63,256 nucleotides of DNA, filler included, from Diploschistes diacapsis (GCA_023645945.1; 6 parts of 6 records of this genome joined end to end with filler, not necessarily neighbours in it), one strand, 5' to 3'; positions 37,742 to 50,895 are shown, counted from the first letter of the whole stretch. Notes: generated from the sequence alone by a model not told the origin. Numbers and translations: made by a program.

Positions 37742-38540
37742 ATGTCTCAATTTGTCCAAGTCATACACACCGTTGCCGCTATGAGACGCATCCGTTCTAC
37801 GTTGTCCGAGCCGGTTGGTTTCGTACCTACGATGGGTATGCTTCACGAGGGCCATAAGTCCCTAATACGGCTTGCTTCACACCAAACATCTTCTATTATT
37901 GTTTCCATCTATGCCAATCCATCCCAGCTCGCTCCATCAGAGGACGAAACTTCCTATCCATCTGTGTTGGAATCTGATATGAGTGAATTAAGCACACTGG
38001 ATGAAGAGTTTTGCTGCAATAGTCTAGGGAGGATAAAAGCCGCCTTTGTACCGAAAGATAGGGACATGTATCCTTCCGGGCATCCTGGCAAGATAGCTAG
38101 TGGTATCGGAAGTTCTGTGAACGTTCTGCCATTATCGAAGCTGCTTGAGGGAGCCTTGAATCCAGCACACTTTGTGGGAGTAGCCACTGTGTGCTTAAAG
38201 TTCTTCATCGTCCTGAGACCGGGAAAAGTGTATCTCGGAGAAAAGGACCTCCAACAGAGTCTTATTGTCAAATGGCTTGTGCTCGACTTTCCTGGTGGAT
38301 ACGGAAGTAATTGTTGGGCCCACAATCAGGGAAGTTGATGGGCTTGCCATGAGTAGTCGAAACCTCTTCCTTGGGAGCCGAAGGCGAAAGGTCGCAATCA
38401 TATTGAGAAAAGCGCTTTGTGCTGCTGAATCTTCCTACCTTCAAGGTCAAAGAGTTACAGTACACATCCTGCAGCCTTGTATTGCACTGGCAGAGGAAGA
38501 ACGCAATAGGCAAGATAGTATAGTATTACAACCCACCTGA
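37742..38540 (+). pseudogene. PAN6: Pantoate--beta-alanine ligase (pantothenate synthetase) homologue with a frameshift near 38290 and short C-terminus
   Basis: VGFVPTMGMLHEGH, VSIYANPSQ, HFVGVATVCLK, YLGEKDLQQ; after the frame change LVDTEVIVGPTIREVDGLAMSSRN. Confidence 0.85.
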
Positions 38541-39501
38541 ATATATGTTTATCTTTGACGTATAAACATGGAGAGGTGTCGTGAGACCCTCTCTCAGGTT
38601 CTCTGATGAGATAGCACCGAAACTCTCCGAAGTACGTTGGCGGTTGTTCCTGAACATGGCAAATGGGCGAATGAATTGGTGGGTTTGAAATGTCTTTTAA
38701 TTATATACGGATTATTTGAAAGGCTCCATACTTGGCCATTGATGTAGATGTGAATATGTTGAGGTGCTGTACGGAGTAGAGTAATGCCGAATAGGCTTTA
38801 TGCTTGGGCGGTATACTAACTACGGTATCAGGCATAAACTATGTTAATACGCGCTAAGTTTTAGATGTACAAAGTTATCACTGTTTTACGATTTCTTTCA
38901 ATTTTTACACAGCATATACGACAGTGACTTGCTGCTCTGCTGTGACACTGGTCAGCATCTCGATGAGCCTGCACAATAGGGGCGGAGAGGATAAAGAGGC
39001 AAGCAAATAGATCAGGATGTAAGGAGCTACCAAGAGAGTCCGAGACAGCATGACCCTGTTACTGCTGCTTTCTCCACTTTGGCGCGTCTGCTTGTGGGAC
39101 CCTCAAATTGGCCTGAGCTTGGGCAAAGAAGCTGGTGTAACCGTCCAGGTTTCGCATCTCCGCGATGGATCGCCGCCACTAGTGAAGGTCGTCTTCTACA
39201 TCCCAAATGGCGGAGGATAAGATAATGATACAGCCGACGGACCTATTCCGAGTTACCTTCTAAAGTCCATATAAATACTTGGCGTGATTGTGTTGCGAAT
39301 ATCCCGTCCACCTTCAAAACGTCCCAGTATGTATCGAGGCACTCGAGAAAATTACTACGTGGCAAGTTTTACACGTAAGCCATCCAAATGTCATAGACGC
39401 TAGATGACAACTCGTTTCACATCCGTTTCAACGGAAGCTGTTCAGCGCCCTTTCCCATTGTGACTTAGCACCAATTTTGCCGCATCAGGTCTTCCATTTT
39501 T

Positions 39502-39601
39502 GTCTCAAGACACTCGTCTCTACCCATTATTCGTCTCAAGACATTCGTCGTCCCCAGACGCTGGTCTTAAGACACTGTCTACGGACATCCAGTCTCGAGA
39601 C
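39502..39601. repeat. Array of quasi-palindromic GTC-N4-GAC decamers
   Basis: GTCTCAAGAC 39502, GTCTCAAGAC 39533, GTCCCCAGAC 39550, GTCTTAAGAC 39564, GTCTACGGAC 39577, GTCTCGAGAC 39592. Confidence 0.85.
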
Positions 39602-40139
39602 GAACCATGGCTCCCCCCAAAATTCCCCTCATTTACACTCGAGTAACGTCCTTCACTCTGTCCACTCATCGATATCTCCCGTATTTTTATTTTTATTATG
39701 TCGTGTTCCGTGGCTGCCACTGAACACTTTAAACCCCTCCCACTAGAAAATTACGTTCGCATCGTCGCCCTCGGGCCTGATTTGCGGAAAGTCTCCGTTT
39801 ATGGCACAACAGAGTTCCTTCACCACAGCTCCAGCATCGAGGTCTTATCACTCCTGATACTTTTAAAATGGTCGTATCCGAGCTTTAAGGCTTCGCCATG
39901 CTGGGACATGGTCATCAGCCTTGTGGCTGCTGTGGCACGCAAATTCACAATTCACCCTATTCTGCACGCAATTAGTCGCAGGCATAAATCGAAGGGCTCT
40001 GTAGAGAGCGCTTCATCTTAGCTTTCCATCCATCGCAAAATGACCCCCCGTTTGGTCTTTGATATATGTTGTGCACGTCAAAGCCTACATCGTTCTCATT
40101 CTTGTTATCGGCATCTAGGTAGGCATTCATATCGCTAAC

Positions 40140-42278
40140 ATGGCTGAAGCAATTGCCATCGTCGGACTTGTCGCCTCGATCGCCTCTCTTATCGGCCTCA
40201 GCGCCAAGCTGGTCTCTCAACTATATGATACCACCTCTAAGTCCACAGACATTCCCGAATCGTTTCGTTCTCTGTGGATTCGGTTGCCTTTACTGACGGC
40301 AACACTCCAACACATCCAGTCCCAGGCAGAGGCTGGCTGCGTTCCCGATGATGTAACGAAAGCCCTGTAAGCTGTCGTCGACAATACCTCCGAGCAAGTA
40401 TCAACTGTACAAATCTGTCTGTCGAAGGTCCTCCCATCCGATGGTGCCTCGAGGCTGGAGCGGGCGTTGAAGGCATTGAAGAGTCTGGCCAAGGAAGAAC
40501 AAGTACAGCAGGCTTTTGGAAAGATACACAAGAATAATGATATCTTGATATTGTACCAGACGACACGGCATGTCGGTACGGGTGACCGTATTTTGGAAGA
40601 ATTGTCGAAATTGAATGTGGCACCACCAGCATTGTCAAAGTCGTTTGGCGTATGCCTTGGTCGAGCACCTCAGATTGCAGCAGATGACTTGACTGGACGA
40701 AAAAACGAGTTGCAGCAATTACAAGATTGGCCCTTTCCGAAGAATCAACCTAGTCGTCAACGCATCGTCAGTATCGTGGGCATAGGAGGCATAGGTAAAA
40801 CACAGCTGAGCCTGGCACATGTACGGGAGTGCGCCGATGACTATTCATCAATATTCTGGATAAATGCGAAAGACGAAACAAGCTTGAGACGGAGTATGGC
40901 AGATTTGAGTGCAGTGGTTTTTCACGAGTCTGCCAATCTTGCGGCACAGTGCGGATGACGAGAAGCTCAAGGTCGATAGGGTCCGACAGTGGCTCTCAGA
41001 GACTGGGAATAACCAATGGCTTTTGATATTCGACAACTATGACAACCCCCCTCTACCGGGAATGGACAGTTCACCAGGATACGATATCCGAGCATACTTC
41101 CCACATCAAGCACATGGCTCGATCCTGATCACAACGCGTTCGCCACAACTCCTGTTCGCAAAACAACTTCCTTTGAAGAAACTAGAGGATGTTGAACAAA
41201 GCTTGGCTGTCCTGGCAGCTAGGTCGGGCCGCAGGATTTATGGGGGTGAGATCAAGGTTTCAAGTTATAAGACTGATTATTACGGCTGACCTAATGGCGA
41301 TTTGAAGATCCCTCAGCAAGGAGTCTTACATTACGTCTCGATGGGCTGCCCCTAGCACTCGCAACAGCTGGCGCATATCTCAGCCAATCAACGGATAGCT
41401 TCGATGACTATCTCGATTTATATAACAATAACTGGAGCGATCTCAGCCAGTACAGTTACGGGCCGATAGAACTACGAGGAGCGAACTTTATATTCGACAT
41501 GGAACATATCATTTCAGCAGGTCAGGGACTAGGATCGTATAGCGGCGGAGCTGTTAAAGCTGATGGCATACTTGGACAATCAAGATCTCTGGTATGAACT
41601 TTTTAATAAGGATATTAGTAATGCACCGGAATGGTGGATTGAGCTGCAAAAAAGCCGGGTGAGATTTAACCGGGCGATCTCGATATTGCACAGCCACTCT
41701 CTTCTCGAGTCGATGTGAGAAAGTATAGCCTACATACCTGTGAGCACGACTGGACGCTGGAGCACCCCAATCGCAGATTTGACCAGGAGAGATGTCGGAT
41801 CGCCCTTCACTGTGTAGCGGCGAATGCAAGCTGGGAATCAGAAGCGGAATACTGGGTGAAAAACCGGCGGCTGCTGCTACACGCACGCCGGTTCAAGCAC
41901 ATTCGAATAAAGGAAGCGATCGAATGGAGTGCAATCGAGCCCGAAGATCTGCACCAGTTTGCAAAACTATACCGGTAAAACGATATGATCGCTGAGGCGG
42001 AGAAGATGTATCGGCGGGCGCTGGATGAAAAGGAGAAAGCGTGGGGCCCGGACCATCCCTCCACACTCCGTACTACTAATAACTTACGCTTGCTCAATGC
42101 TAGCCGAGATGGGCATATAGAAGTGGGAAAGATACATTCACGGGCGCTCGATGGAAGTGACAGGGCATACGACACTGACCGGCATCCACAATCACCACCA
42201 TCAACAGGGAAAGCCATTTTAAACAAACTTAAAGCTGGCATACGGAGGCAGAAAAAGGCTTTGCAGAACGGTAGATAG
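40140..42278 (+). pseudogene. SesA (HeLo-like) - NB-ARC - TPR NLR-like pseudogene
   Basis: MAEAIAIVGLVASIASL..P.SFRSL..RLPLL..TL (SesA-type N-terminus); GIGGIGKTQL, WLLIFDNYD, GSILITTR, LDGLPLALATAG; TPR AEAEKMYRRAL..WGPDHPSTL; stops at 40368, 41530, 41976 and frameshifts near 40950, 41470, 41712. Confidence 0.88.
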
Positions 42279-42320
42279 ATCTCGTTAGAATGCTCACTTT
42301 ATCTGATGGATTAGAAAACG

Positions 42321-42366
42321 TAATAATAATAATAATAATATAATCATAATAAATATTATTATTAAT
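42321..42366. repeat. (AAT)n / (ATT)n microsatellite at the right edge of the NLR island
   Basis: taataataat aataataata taatcataat aaatattatt attaat. Confidence 0.85.
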
Positions 42367-43764
42367 AGACTATCTGTATGTAGCTTTGTACGAAAAGGGA
42401 TAGTTAAGCGAGAATAAATGCTTCGGCGTTAGAAAGGGTATCCGGTTTTGTGGATTGGTTCTCATCCCGGGGCTAGAGGTATCTAGCTGAAAGGGAAGAT
42501 ACACTTTAGGGCTTGGTGAGGTTGAGGTTGCAATGAATGGGCCTGAATGGCACCCGTACACTACTACGCCCTCCGGAAGCATCTTGAGATGATCATTGCC
42601 CATACAAAGTGCTAAATATCTTTCCCTTGATCTGCGTTTGGGGTCACTGTGAGTCTGTGCCCCCCCGGCTCTCTTCCCAGTCGATGCCGCAGTCATCGTG
42701 GTTTCAAAACTCCGGAGTCACTGACAGACTGCTTTCCGCATCCCAGCCATTACAAATAAATAGGGTTTGCAGTGACTCTCTGTACCATTGAATGCGCCGT
42801 CAGGAGATCACGGGTCATTGGAAAGATTACTACTATAAGCTCCTAAATGAAAGGCTCAGGGTGTCGCCTGAATGGCGGAGCAACTTAAAGCGGTAGTTTA
42901 AGGAGATGAAGAGCATGGGTGGGTGGGATGACTTAGTTCAGGGCCGCTGATCAGGACACAGAGACGACGCCGTTGGAGCCGGGAGAAGCTATTAAAAATT
43001 AAAAACGGTGTGGCCCTATCCTACCTAGTATTGCTAATGCCGAGAGAGACAGTAGACAGTAGCTGATCGAGTAAGCAGCAACGGCGGAAAAACGACGGAG
43101 AACTTCTCACTTCCCCCCCCCTTCCCTTCCCTCTCCCCTTTGCTATGTAACGATTACCTAGTCGTAGTATACTTCCCTACTACTTGTCCACTACAGAGTC
43201 TCTCTTTTCTTTTCCTTTCCTCCTCTCATCATAGCTTTGGGTTTCCCTTTACGAGCTGCGACACCCACAGGCTCACAGTTCCACCCAGGATATGCCACCT
43301 TAGCAATCGGAGATTCGGTTACCTCCCGTAACTCCGCCGAGCTTACAACTAAACACCACCGAGCCTTGTGCAGACCTCTCCAATCTTTCTCCCTTGAACC
43401 TCCTATCTCGTGCAAATCGCACCAGCAGCTAGCGAGCAAGTACATACCGTAATCCTTGACAGACGCAGCGACGCCACCATTGTTGCGTACGGAACGTTTC
43501 TGTTGTCGTCGGTCTTCGCAGCTTCGTCTTACTTCCGCTTTATCCGGACCGCTGTAATAGCGCAAAGAACACTTGAAGTTACCACAAATTTATGTGAAGC
43601 AAGAATCGCAGCAATCTCTGACTTCCGCATTGTCTAATAGGCGATAACTTCGGAGCCCTCCTGCATGGGAATTCACGTGCAAGAATATCCACTTTCGGTA
43701 CTGGGCAGTCCTTTGCATTTCAACTCTGGATGACCACGACTCAAGAGAAGCAACAACGGCGGCT

Positions 43765-46700
43765 ATGGCTGAGCAGCCGTTGCCAAATGGCGTCAGCATT
43801 TCGAAGCCGGCTAGGAGAATACGATGGGCGACCCAACGCGTTGGTACAGGAGTCGCGCAGGTAAAAAGAAATCGTATCATGAGTAGACTATCTCTGCGAG
43901 GCTCAAGCAATGAGATGAAAAGAGAATCTGGTAGTTCTGGCTCGATAGGCAAGCATTCGCCTTCTACCGATGCGGCTGGCGATGGGGAAGGTGGAAGGCG
44001 GATATTCTTCAACATGCCACTGCCGGCCGATTCGAGAGATGAGGAGGGGAAGCCGCTCGTACATTACAGTCGCAACAAGATTCGCACCGCCAAGTACACC
44101 CCGTTGACTTTCATACCCAAGAATTTGTGGTACCAATTTCACAACATTGCAAACGTCTATTTTCTTACCCTCATTGTGTTAGGGGTAAGTCTTTTTTCTC
44201 AAGGAATGCTTGTTGCTGGCCTAACCATCAGTTCCAGTTTTTTAGTGTTTTTGGAGTCAACAATCCAGGCCTCAACGCCGTACCCCTGATCGTGATTATC
44301 GTTCTTACGGCGTTCAAGGACGGAATCGAAGATTGGCGGAGAACCGTACTCGACAACGAGCTCAACAATGCGCCGGTACACAGGCTCATGGACTGGGAGA
44401 ATGTCAACTCTGCGGAGGATGAGGTTTCGTTGTGGAGGCGAATCAAGAAGGCAACCTCTCATGGTATTCTTAACACCTTCCATACCTGGCAGCAATGGAG
44501 GAGGCGGAAATCTGGTGGTGGAAGAGGCTACACCGAGAGGGCTATGGACGAGGAGCGCATGTCTATCGACACTAGGCGCTCTTCGTATAGGGGCCCCAAA
44601 AAGTCAACAAACGAGGGCGGAATCCAGATGACCCCTGTTTCTTCGCCTCTTCCCAAAGATCAATCCGAGGCCGAGCTTTCTCGGGCAAATGCCAGGCTAC
44701 GGTCAAAAACCACGTATTCGTTCAAAGCGGGAGAAACGGACGGTATAGAAGGAGACGGCGTCGCAACTGGTCACGGCCACGCATCTGCAGGTCCGTACGG
44801 TAGCTTAATAGATCCTATCGAGCAGACTCGTGGCAAAGCTCGTTTCAGAAAGGATTACTGGAAAAACGTCCATGTTGGGGACTTCGTTAGGATACACAAT
44901 GACGACCAAATCCCCGCCGATATTGCCATCCTATCCACGTCGGAACCGGACGGTGCCTGTTACGTCGAGACTAAGAACCTTGATGGAGAGACAAACTTGA
45001 AGGTCAGGCAGGCACTACACTGCGGCCAGGACATCCGGCACGCGACAGACTGCGAGAAGGCACAATTTATTCTCTATAGCGAGCAGCCTCACACGAATCT
45101 CTACGCGTACAGCGGGCTATTAAAGTGGACTCAGCGCAAATCGTCGGACCCGCAGCGCTCAGAGGTGGAAAAGACGGAGCCCTTGACGATCAACAATCTG
45201 CTGCTTCGTGGATGCAACCTACGTAACACGGAGTGGATAATCGGAGTTGTCGTGTTTACCGGCCCCGACACCAAGATCATGCTGAATGCGGGCATCACAC
45301 CTTCGAAACGTTCGAGAATCTCTCGCCAGCTGAACTATAATGTGCTGTACAACTTCACTATCCTTCTGATAATGTGTCTCGTCTCTGGGATCGTCAATGG
45401 AGTAACGTTTGGGAAAAGCCACGATTCATGGAACTTCTTCGAATTTGGACAATACGGTGACACTCCCGGCGTTACTGGTCTCATCACTTTCTGGAGCGCC
45501 ATCATTTTATACCAGAACTTGGTCCCAATCTCCCTTTATATCAGTTTGGAAATCATCAAGACCGCACAGGCCTTCTTCATCTACAGCGATACTTATATGT
45601 ACTATGAGCGTCTCGATTACCCCTGCACACCCAAATCCTGGAACATATCCGATGATCTTGGCCAAGTTGAGTACATCTTCTCGGACAAAACGGGAACATT
45701 GACGCAAAACGTCATGGAGTACAAGAAGTGTACTGTCAACGGGGTTAGCTATGGCGAAGCTTACACAGAGGCTTTGGCCGGTATGCAAAGACGGCAAGGG
45801 ATCGATGTCGAGGCGGAAGGTGCAAAGGCAAAAGAGCAAATCGCAGAAGATCGGATCCGGATGCTCAAGACCCTAAGAGGGATCCACGACAATCCCTATC
45901 TCCACGATGACGAGCTTACCTTCGTTGCTCCAGATTTTGCGGAAGACTTAACGGGAGCAGTGGGTGAGGAGCAAGCGGAAGCGAATAAGAATTTCATGTT
46001 GGCTCTTGCTCTCTGCCACACCGTCACCACCGAAAGGACCCCGGGAGATCCTCCGAAACTGGAGTTCAAGGCCCAGTCGCCCGATGAAGCAGCATTGGTT
46101 GCGACTGCTCGAGATTGTGGCTTCGCTGTGATGGGCAGGCAGAACGACACAATGATCGTTAATGTGCAAGGAGTCGAGGAGAAGTTCGAGGTCTTGAACA
46201 CGCTCGAGTTTAATTCTTCACGAAAGCGAATGAGTGCCATTATTCGCATGCCTGACAACAGGATCGTACTTTTCTGCAAAGGTGCTGATAGCGTCATCTA
46301 TTCGCGTCTGAAGAAGGGTGAACAGAGTAAGTTGAGAAGGGACACTGCCGAACAGTTGGAGATGTTTGCGAGGGAGGGCTTGCGCACGCTTTGCATAGCT
46401 CAAAAGGTTGTAACCGAGGGGGAACACCAACGGTTCAGCATGGAGCATGACGCTGCCGCCACTGCAATAAATCATCGGGAAGAAAAGATTGAGGAGGTCT
46501 TCGACGCCATGGAAAGGGATCTTTCACTGATAGGGGGCACTGCAATCGAAGATCGTCTGCAAGATGGTGTGCCGGACACGATCGCACTGCTTGGGCAAGC
46601 CGGCATCAAGCTCTGGGTCTTGACGGGCGATAAAGTCGAAACCGCAATCAACATTGGATTCGCGTGCAATCTGCTGAGCAACGAGATGGATCTCATCGTA

Positions 46701-48483
46701 ATGAGATTCGAGACTGACGATCTCGGACTTGTAGAGGCAGAACTTTCGAAACATCTGCACACTTTTCAAATGACGGGCTCAGACACGGAGCTGAGAGCTG
46801 CTAGGAGGAATCACGAAGCTCCGGCTCCCACGCACGCCATCGTCATTGATGGCGACTCATTGAAGCTAGTGCTTGATGAGCAGGTTCGACGGAAGTTCTT
46901 GCTCCTTTGCAAACAATGCAAGGCCGTTTTGTGTTGCCGTGTCAGCCCAAGTCAGAAAGCGGCTGTCGTGCAGATGGTCAAGAATGGACTTGACGTGATG
47001 ACGCTTTCTGTTGGAGATGGTGCCAACGATGTCGCTATGATTCAGGAGGCAGATATAGGAGTCGGCATAGCTGGAGAAGAAGGTCGCCAAGCAGTCATGT
47101 CGTCTGATTATGCCATTGGCCAGTTCCGGTTCTTGCAAAGGTTGGTTCTCGTTCATGGTCGCTGGTCATACCGGCGCTTGTCAGAGACTATTGCGAATTT
47201 TTTCTACAAGGTAGGTTGCTCGTCGCTAATCTAGCGAGAATTCCTGCTAATCCTCGCAGAACATTGTCTGGACCTTTGCGCTCTACTGGTACCAAATCTT
47301 CGACAACTTCGACTGCAACTATCTCTTCGACTACAGCTACGTCCTCCTCTTCAATTTAGCCTTTACGTCGCTACCAATCATCTTCATGGGCATTCTAGAC
47401 CAAGACGTCAGCGATAAGATCTCTCTGGCGGTACCGCAACTATACAGGAGAGGTATCGAGCGCAAAGAATGGACGTCACTCAAGTTCTGGATGTACATGT
47501 TGGACGCTCTGTACCAATCCGTAATATGCTATTTCATGCCATATTTTCTGTTTGCTCCGGCTCGATCTGTTTCGTCGAACGGCCTCGACTTGAACGAAAG
47601 AGTTCGCTACGGAAATTTCACTGCGACGTCTGCCATCTTTGTCGTCAACTTCTACGTGTTGATGAATACCTATAGATGGGATTGGTTGATGGTGCTACTG
47701 ACCAGTATCAGTATCCTCTCCGTTTGGTTCTGGTCTGGCGTTTACAGTTCTTTTGTCGGGTCCGACACTTTCTACAAGGCGGGCGCAGAAGTCTTCGGTG
47801 CATTATCATATTGGGTTACAGCACTTCTGATTATCATCATTTCCCTTCTACCCAGATTCGCCGTCAAGGCGTTCCAGAAGGTGTTCTTCCCCTATGATGT
47901 CGACATAATCCGCGAGCAAGCAAGGCAAGGCAAGTTCGGATACTTGGACGACTTGCCATCCGATGCTTCTCCAGCCAAGCTCGCGGGCGGCAACTCATTC
48001 AATGGGGCTAGATCCGATGAAAATGCATACGGTAGGGCCCCCAAGTCCCTCGAGGAAGACATGAGACCAATTTATCCTCCATCAGTTGCACCCACCTTAA
48101 AGACAACGACAACGAATAACCGACACAGCACAAGCGGCAGCATCAACTCGGTGAATATCGGGCCAGCGATCTTTGAAGAATCGCCTGTAGAACCTCATTC
48201 GATGACCGAGCCTAGCAATAGACCCACCTACTCGAGGCCCACTTCATACCAGAGCCCGGTTTCGCTAGAACCACCTGTGCCACTGGAACGAGTTCGTACC
48301 TCGATGGACCGACCAAGACCGTCTTTCGATAGAATACGCAACTCCATGGACATTGTACGTCCCAGTTTCGAGGCCAGCAACGACTTCACCTCGGCGTCGC
48401 GGCTGATGAAGCTGGATTCAAATCATTCCGAACTCCCTTTGCCGTCGCCGCGACTTTCGAAAGGACCATCGAACCTCCGGTAG
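43765..48483 (+). CDS. DNF1: P4-type ATPase phospholipid flippase, Dnf1/Dnf2-like; introns ~44185-44238 and ~47211-47259
   Basis: NKIRTAKYTP, ETKNLDGETNLK, QNLVPISLYIS, FSDKTGTLT, QSPDEAALV, KGADS, WVLTGDK, CCRVSPSQKA, GDGANDVAM, GQFRFLQRL. Confidence 0.95.
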
Positions 48484-49699
48484 CGTTGGCGTTTCTTCCT
48501 CCTGTGCCCGACCCTTTTTCATTGTAAATAGCCGCATTTCTCTTGGGCGTTTCACGACCTCCGGCATGACACCTTTTTCTATATACTGAGTTGAACCCAA
48601 TGTCGATATCCACTAAATTCGAGCAAGAGCATAGTCCGCAGGCGTTCAAAAGGATCCAACAGTGGTTACAGAGCATTTGCAGCGGAGTCCATTTCAGCTG
48701 GTCTTCCCTGGTGATACCCTCTCTAGGATGGAGCTGGTGGACGCTTCGTATTCAAGGGTTTTTCGTGCAAGATTATGGCTGGCGGGATTTTTCTTCTGCG
48801 TTGGATGACTGACACGAAAGAGGAGCATGTTGTAGATTGGTTGGGGGAGTATTGGCCTGTGCTTGAAGTGAGGGTGCAATACCTAGACGTAGACAGCGAT
48901 ACCAACAATCAAGATTTTATTCCCTACCCTACAGCATTTGAAGGAGTGTTTTTATCTATTGTCCAATACTTCGACTTTTGTGTTAACACTTTTACTCGGA
49001 AGTGAATCCTGCAAAGTTGGCTGGAGACCTTACGTTCGATTGATATAAATCTCGATCAAGCTTTGCGGAACCTTCAAACCTGAACGCGGTTCATTCATTG
49101 TACTCTGACATCTTACTCATTTCCTACATTTTAACGTTCACACTTTGCTCGTTCTCTCCTCTTCTAATTTCTTTCACTTGTCATTTCTGACAATGAACCC
49201 CGGTTTTGGTCCACTGTTCATCTCACCTCCCAATCTCCGCTGACACTTCAACTGAACTCACTATGTCCTCGTTGACAGTGGCAATTGGGCTTACATATGG
49301 ACGCCCCTCTAGCCAAAGCAACCTTTATTACTCTTCAGCTTACCTCTTCTTCATACCCACCTTTCTTCCATCTCACCCCTTCCGCCATCTTCCAGCAACA
49401 AGATCATCAGAATCTGGGCGGCCATCACAGTCTCTCCCAACGAAAAACGGCCACACCGCCATGTCCCCCATCAAGAACAAGCCAAAAGTTAGCCCGTAGG
49501 TCCCATTCTCCCCTGGAATTCCATCTCCTTTATTCTCTACATACGCTAAAACAGCCCCCCCCTTATACATCCAGGACCGCGCACAACAGCTCCATCCCGA
49601 CAGCCGTCTTCAAGACCACCACTCCCTTCCTCCGCCTCACTCCGCACTCTCCCAAGCCCTCCATCGCCACAATCACAACCGCCACCGCCACCGCCAACC

Positions 49700-49799
49700 N
49701 NNNNNNNNNNNNNNNNNNNNNNNNNNNNNNNNNNNNNNNNNNNTTAATTAATTAANNNNNNNNNNNNNNNNNNNNNNNNNNNNNNNNNNNNNNNNNNNN
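49700..49799. other. Artificial contig spacer
   Basis: N44-TTAATTAATTAA-N44. Confidence 0.99.
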
Positions 49800-50201
49800 C
49801 CTCCCTTCCATCACTGAGGTGCATATACAAAACATACCTTAGATAATGACATCCATCCTACTACGCACGTGCAGGTCGAGTACTCCGTCATTATGGAAGC
49901 TCTCGCACGATGTTACTCTATATGCTACAATTTCAAGCCAGACACACAATAATATTCCATGTTTCAATCGTAATTGTTAATCGTTATTATTATAATGGTG
50001 CGTCGAATTATGAATTTTGGAGTTCTCTGTGGAATTCAAAGATGACCTAACCATCGCCGGAAGATAGGTTCGGATCCACATCAACAATCCTCGCCCTAGG
50101 TTCGCATTGGGGTCCACTTGTACCGGAAACAAGGCCTGGCAATCACCTCATAGGCATACAAAAGCAGAACAGCGAGCCACAGTCCCCCCGATCAATGACC
50201 C

Positions 50202-50895
50202 TTAGTTTTTTGCATTTAGCTGCACAAAGATCTTGTCAAAGCTATGTTCGTTCCAGTAGACCTTCGGACACAGCCCCGACAGCTTCCACTCGCCATCCAC
50301 CCTCTTGTACCAGTGCTTGACGAAGGAGTGGCCGTGTCCCCTATTCTCGACCGTTACTCCATCTGGTGCATAACGCTGATGCGCCGCACGAATCTGGTTG
50401 TGGCCAATCACCTCCGTCTCAGAGACGCGTTCGAACTTCCTGGCTCCCATTAGGTGTTGGGTGCGGATCAGGGGATCCCCCAGGAACGCAGGTGAGCTCA
50501 TCATTGCCACAAACTCATCAGCAGGGACGTTGTCGATTCTTTCGTGACCGACAATACTATAGTCGATCATCATGGTCGGTGCCAGGATCTTCCTCAGCCG
50601 TGGCCAGTCCTGACCGTCCCGCGTAAGCTTGGCCAGCGGTATAGATTCGGTCAGTTATCGTACCTTGTTGTCGTAGCTATCAGCCCATTCGAAAACGATT
50701 TCTGTGAGGGCAAGGTAATCTATCGAGTTGAGTAAGTGCAAGGGAAGCCAGCCTCGGCACGTCACCTCTACCTTCGAACGTGATTTTCGCTGGAGCCAGC
50801 GCAGCAGATTTGGGAGGGGCTTCGGCGGACCCTGGGCCAACCTTCCAGGATGTCTGACTATAAGACTCAGTGGCAGTTGCAGTGGGGGGGGTCAT
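50202..50895 (-). CDS. SCD1: Scytalone dehydratase (DHN-melanin type); two short introns
   Basis: ITFE|DYLAL..FEWADSYDNK|DWPRLRKILAPT..IDY..FLGDPLIRTQHLMG..QIRAAHQRY..GHGHS..HWYKRVDGEWKLSGL.P.V.WNE. Confidence 0.93.

Noticed and set aside
39050..39220. Coding-like minus-strand stretch (DVEDDLH*WRRSIAEMRNLDGYTSFF...)
   Set aside because: Too short, interrupted and unrecognisable to call
39502..39601. Mini-CRISPR interpretation of the palindrome array
   Set aside because: Repeats of 10 nt and gaps of 3-21 nt are far too short, and the context is fungal; kept only as an unexplained array
28316..42278. Amyloid signalling motifs (HRAM, sigma, PP) linking NLRs to effectors
   Set aside because: No G/N/Q-rich pseudo-repeat found at the NLR N-termini or in neighbouring ORFs
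28000..42400. Complete Starship or transposon call for the NLR island
   Set aside because: No tyrosine-recombinase captain, transposase, terminal repeats or target-site duplication could be identified by eye
49461..49699. Possible 5' end of a gene (MSPIKNKPKVS|intron)
   Set aside because: Truncated by the spacer with no recognisable domain
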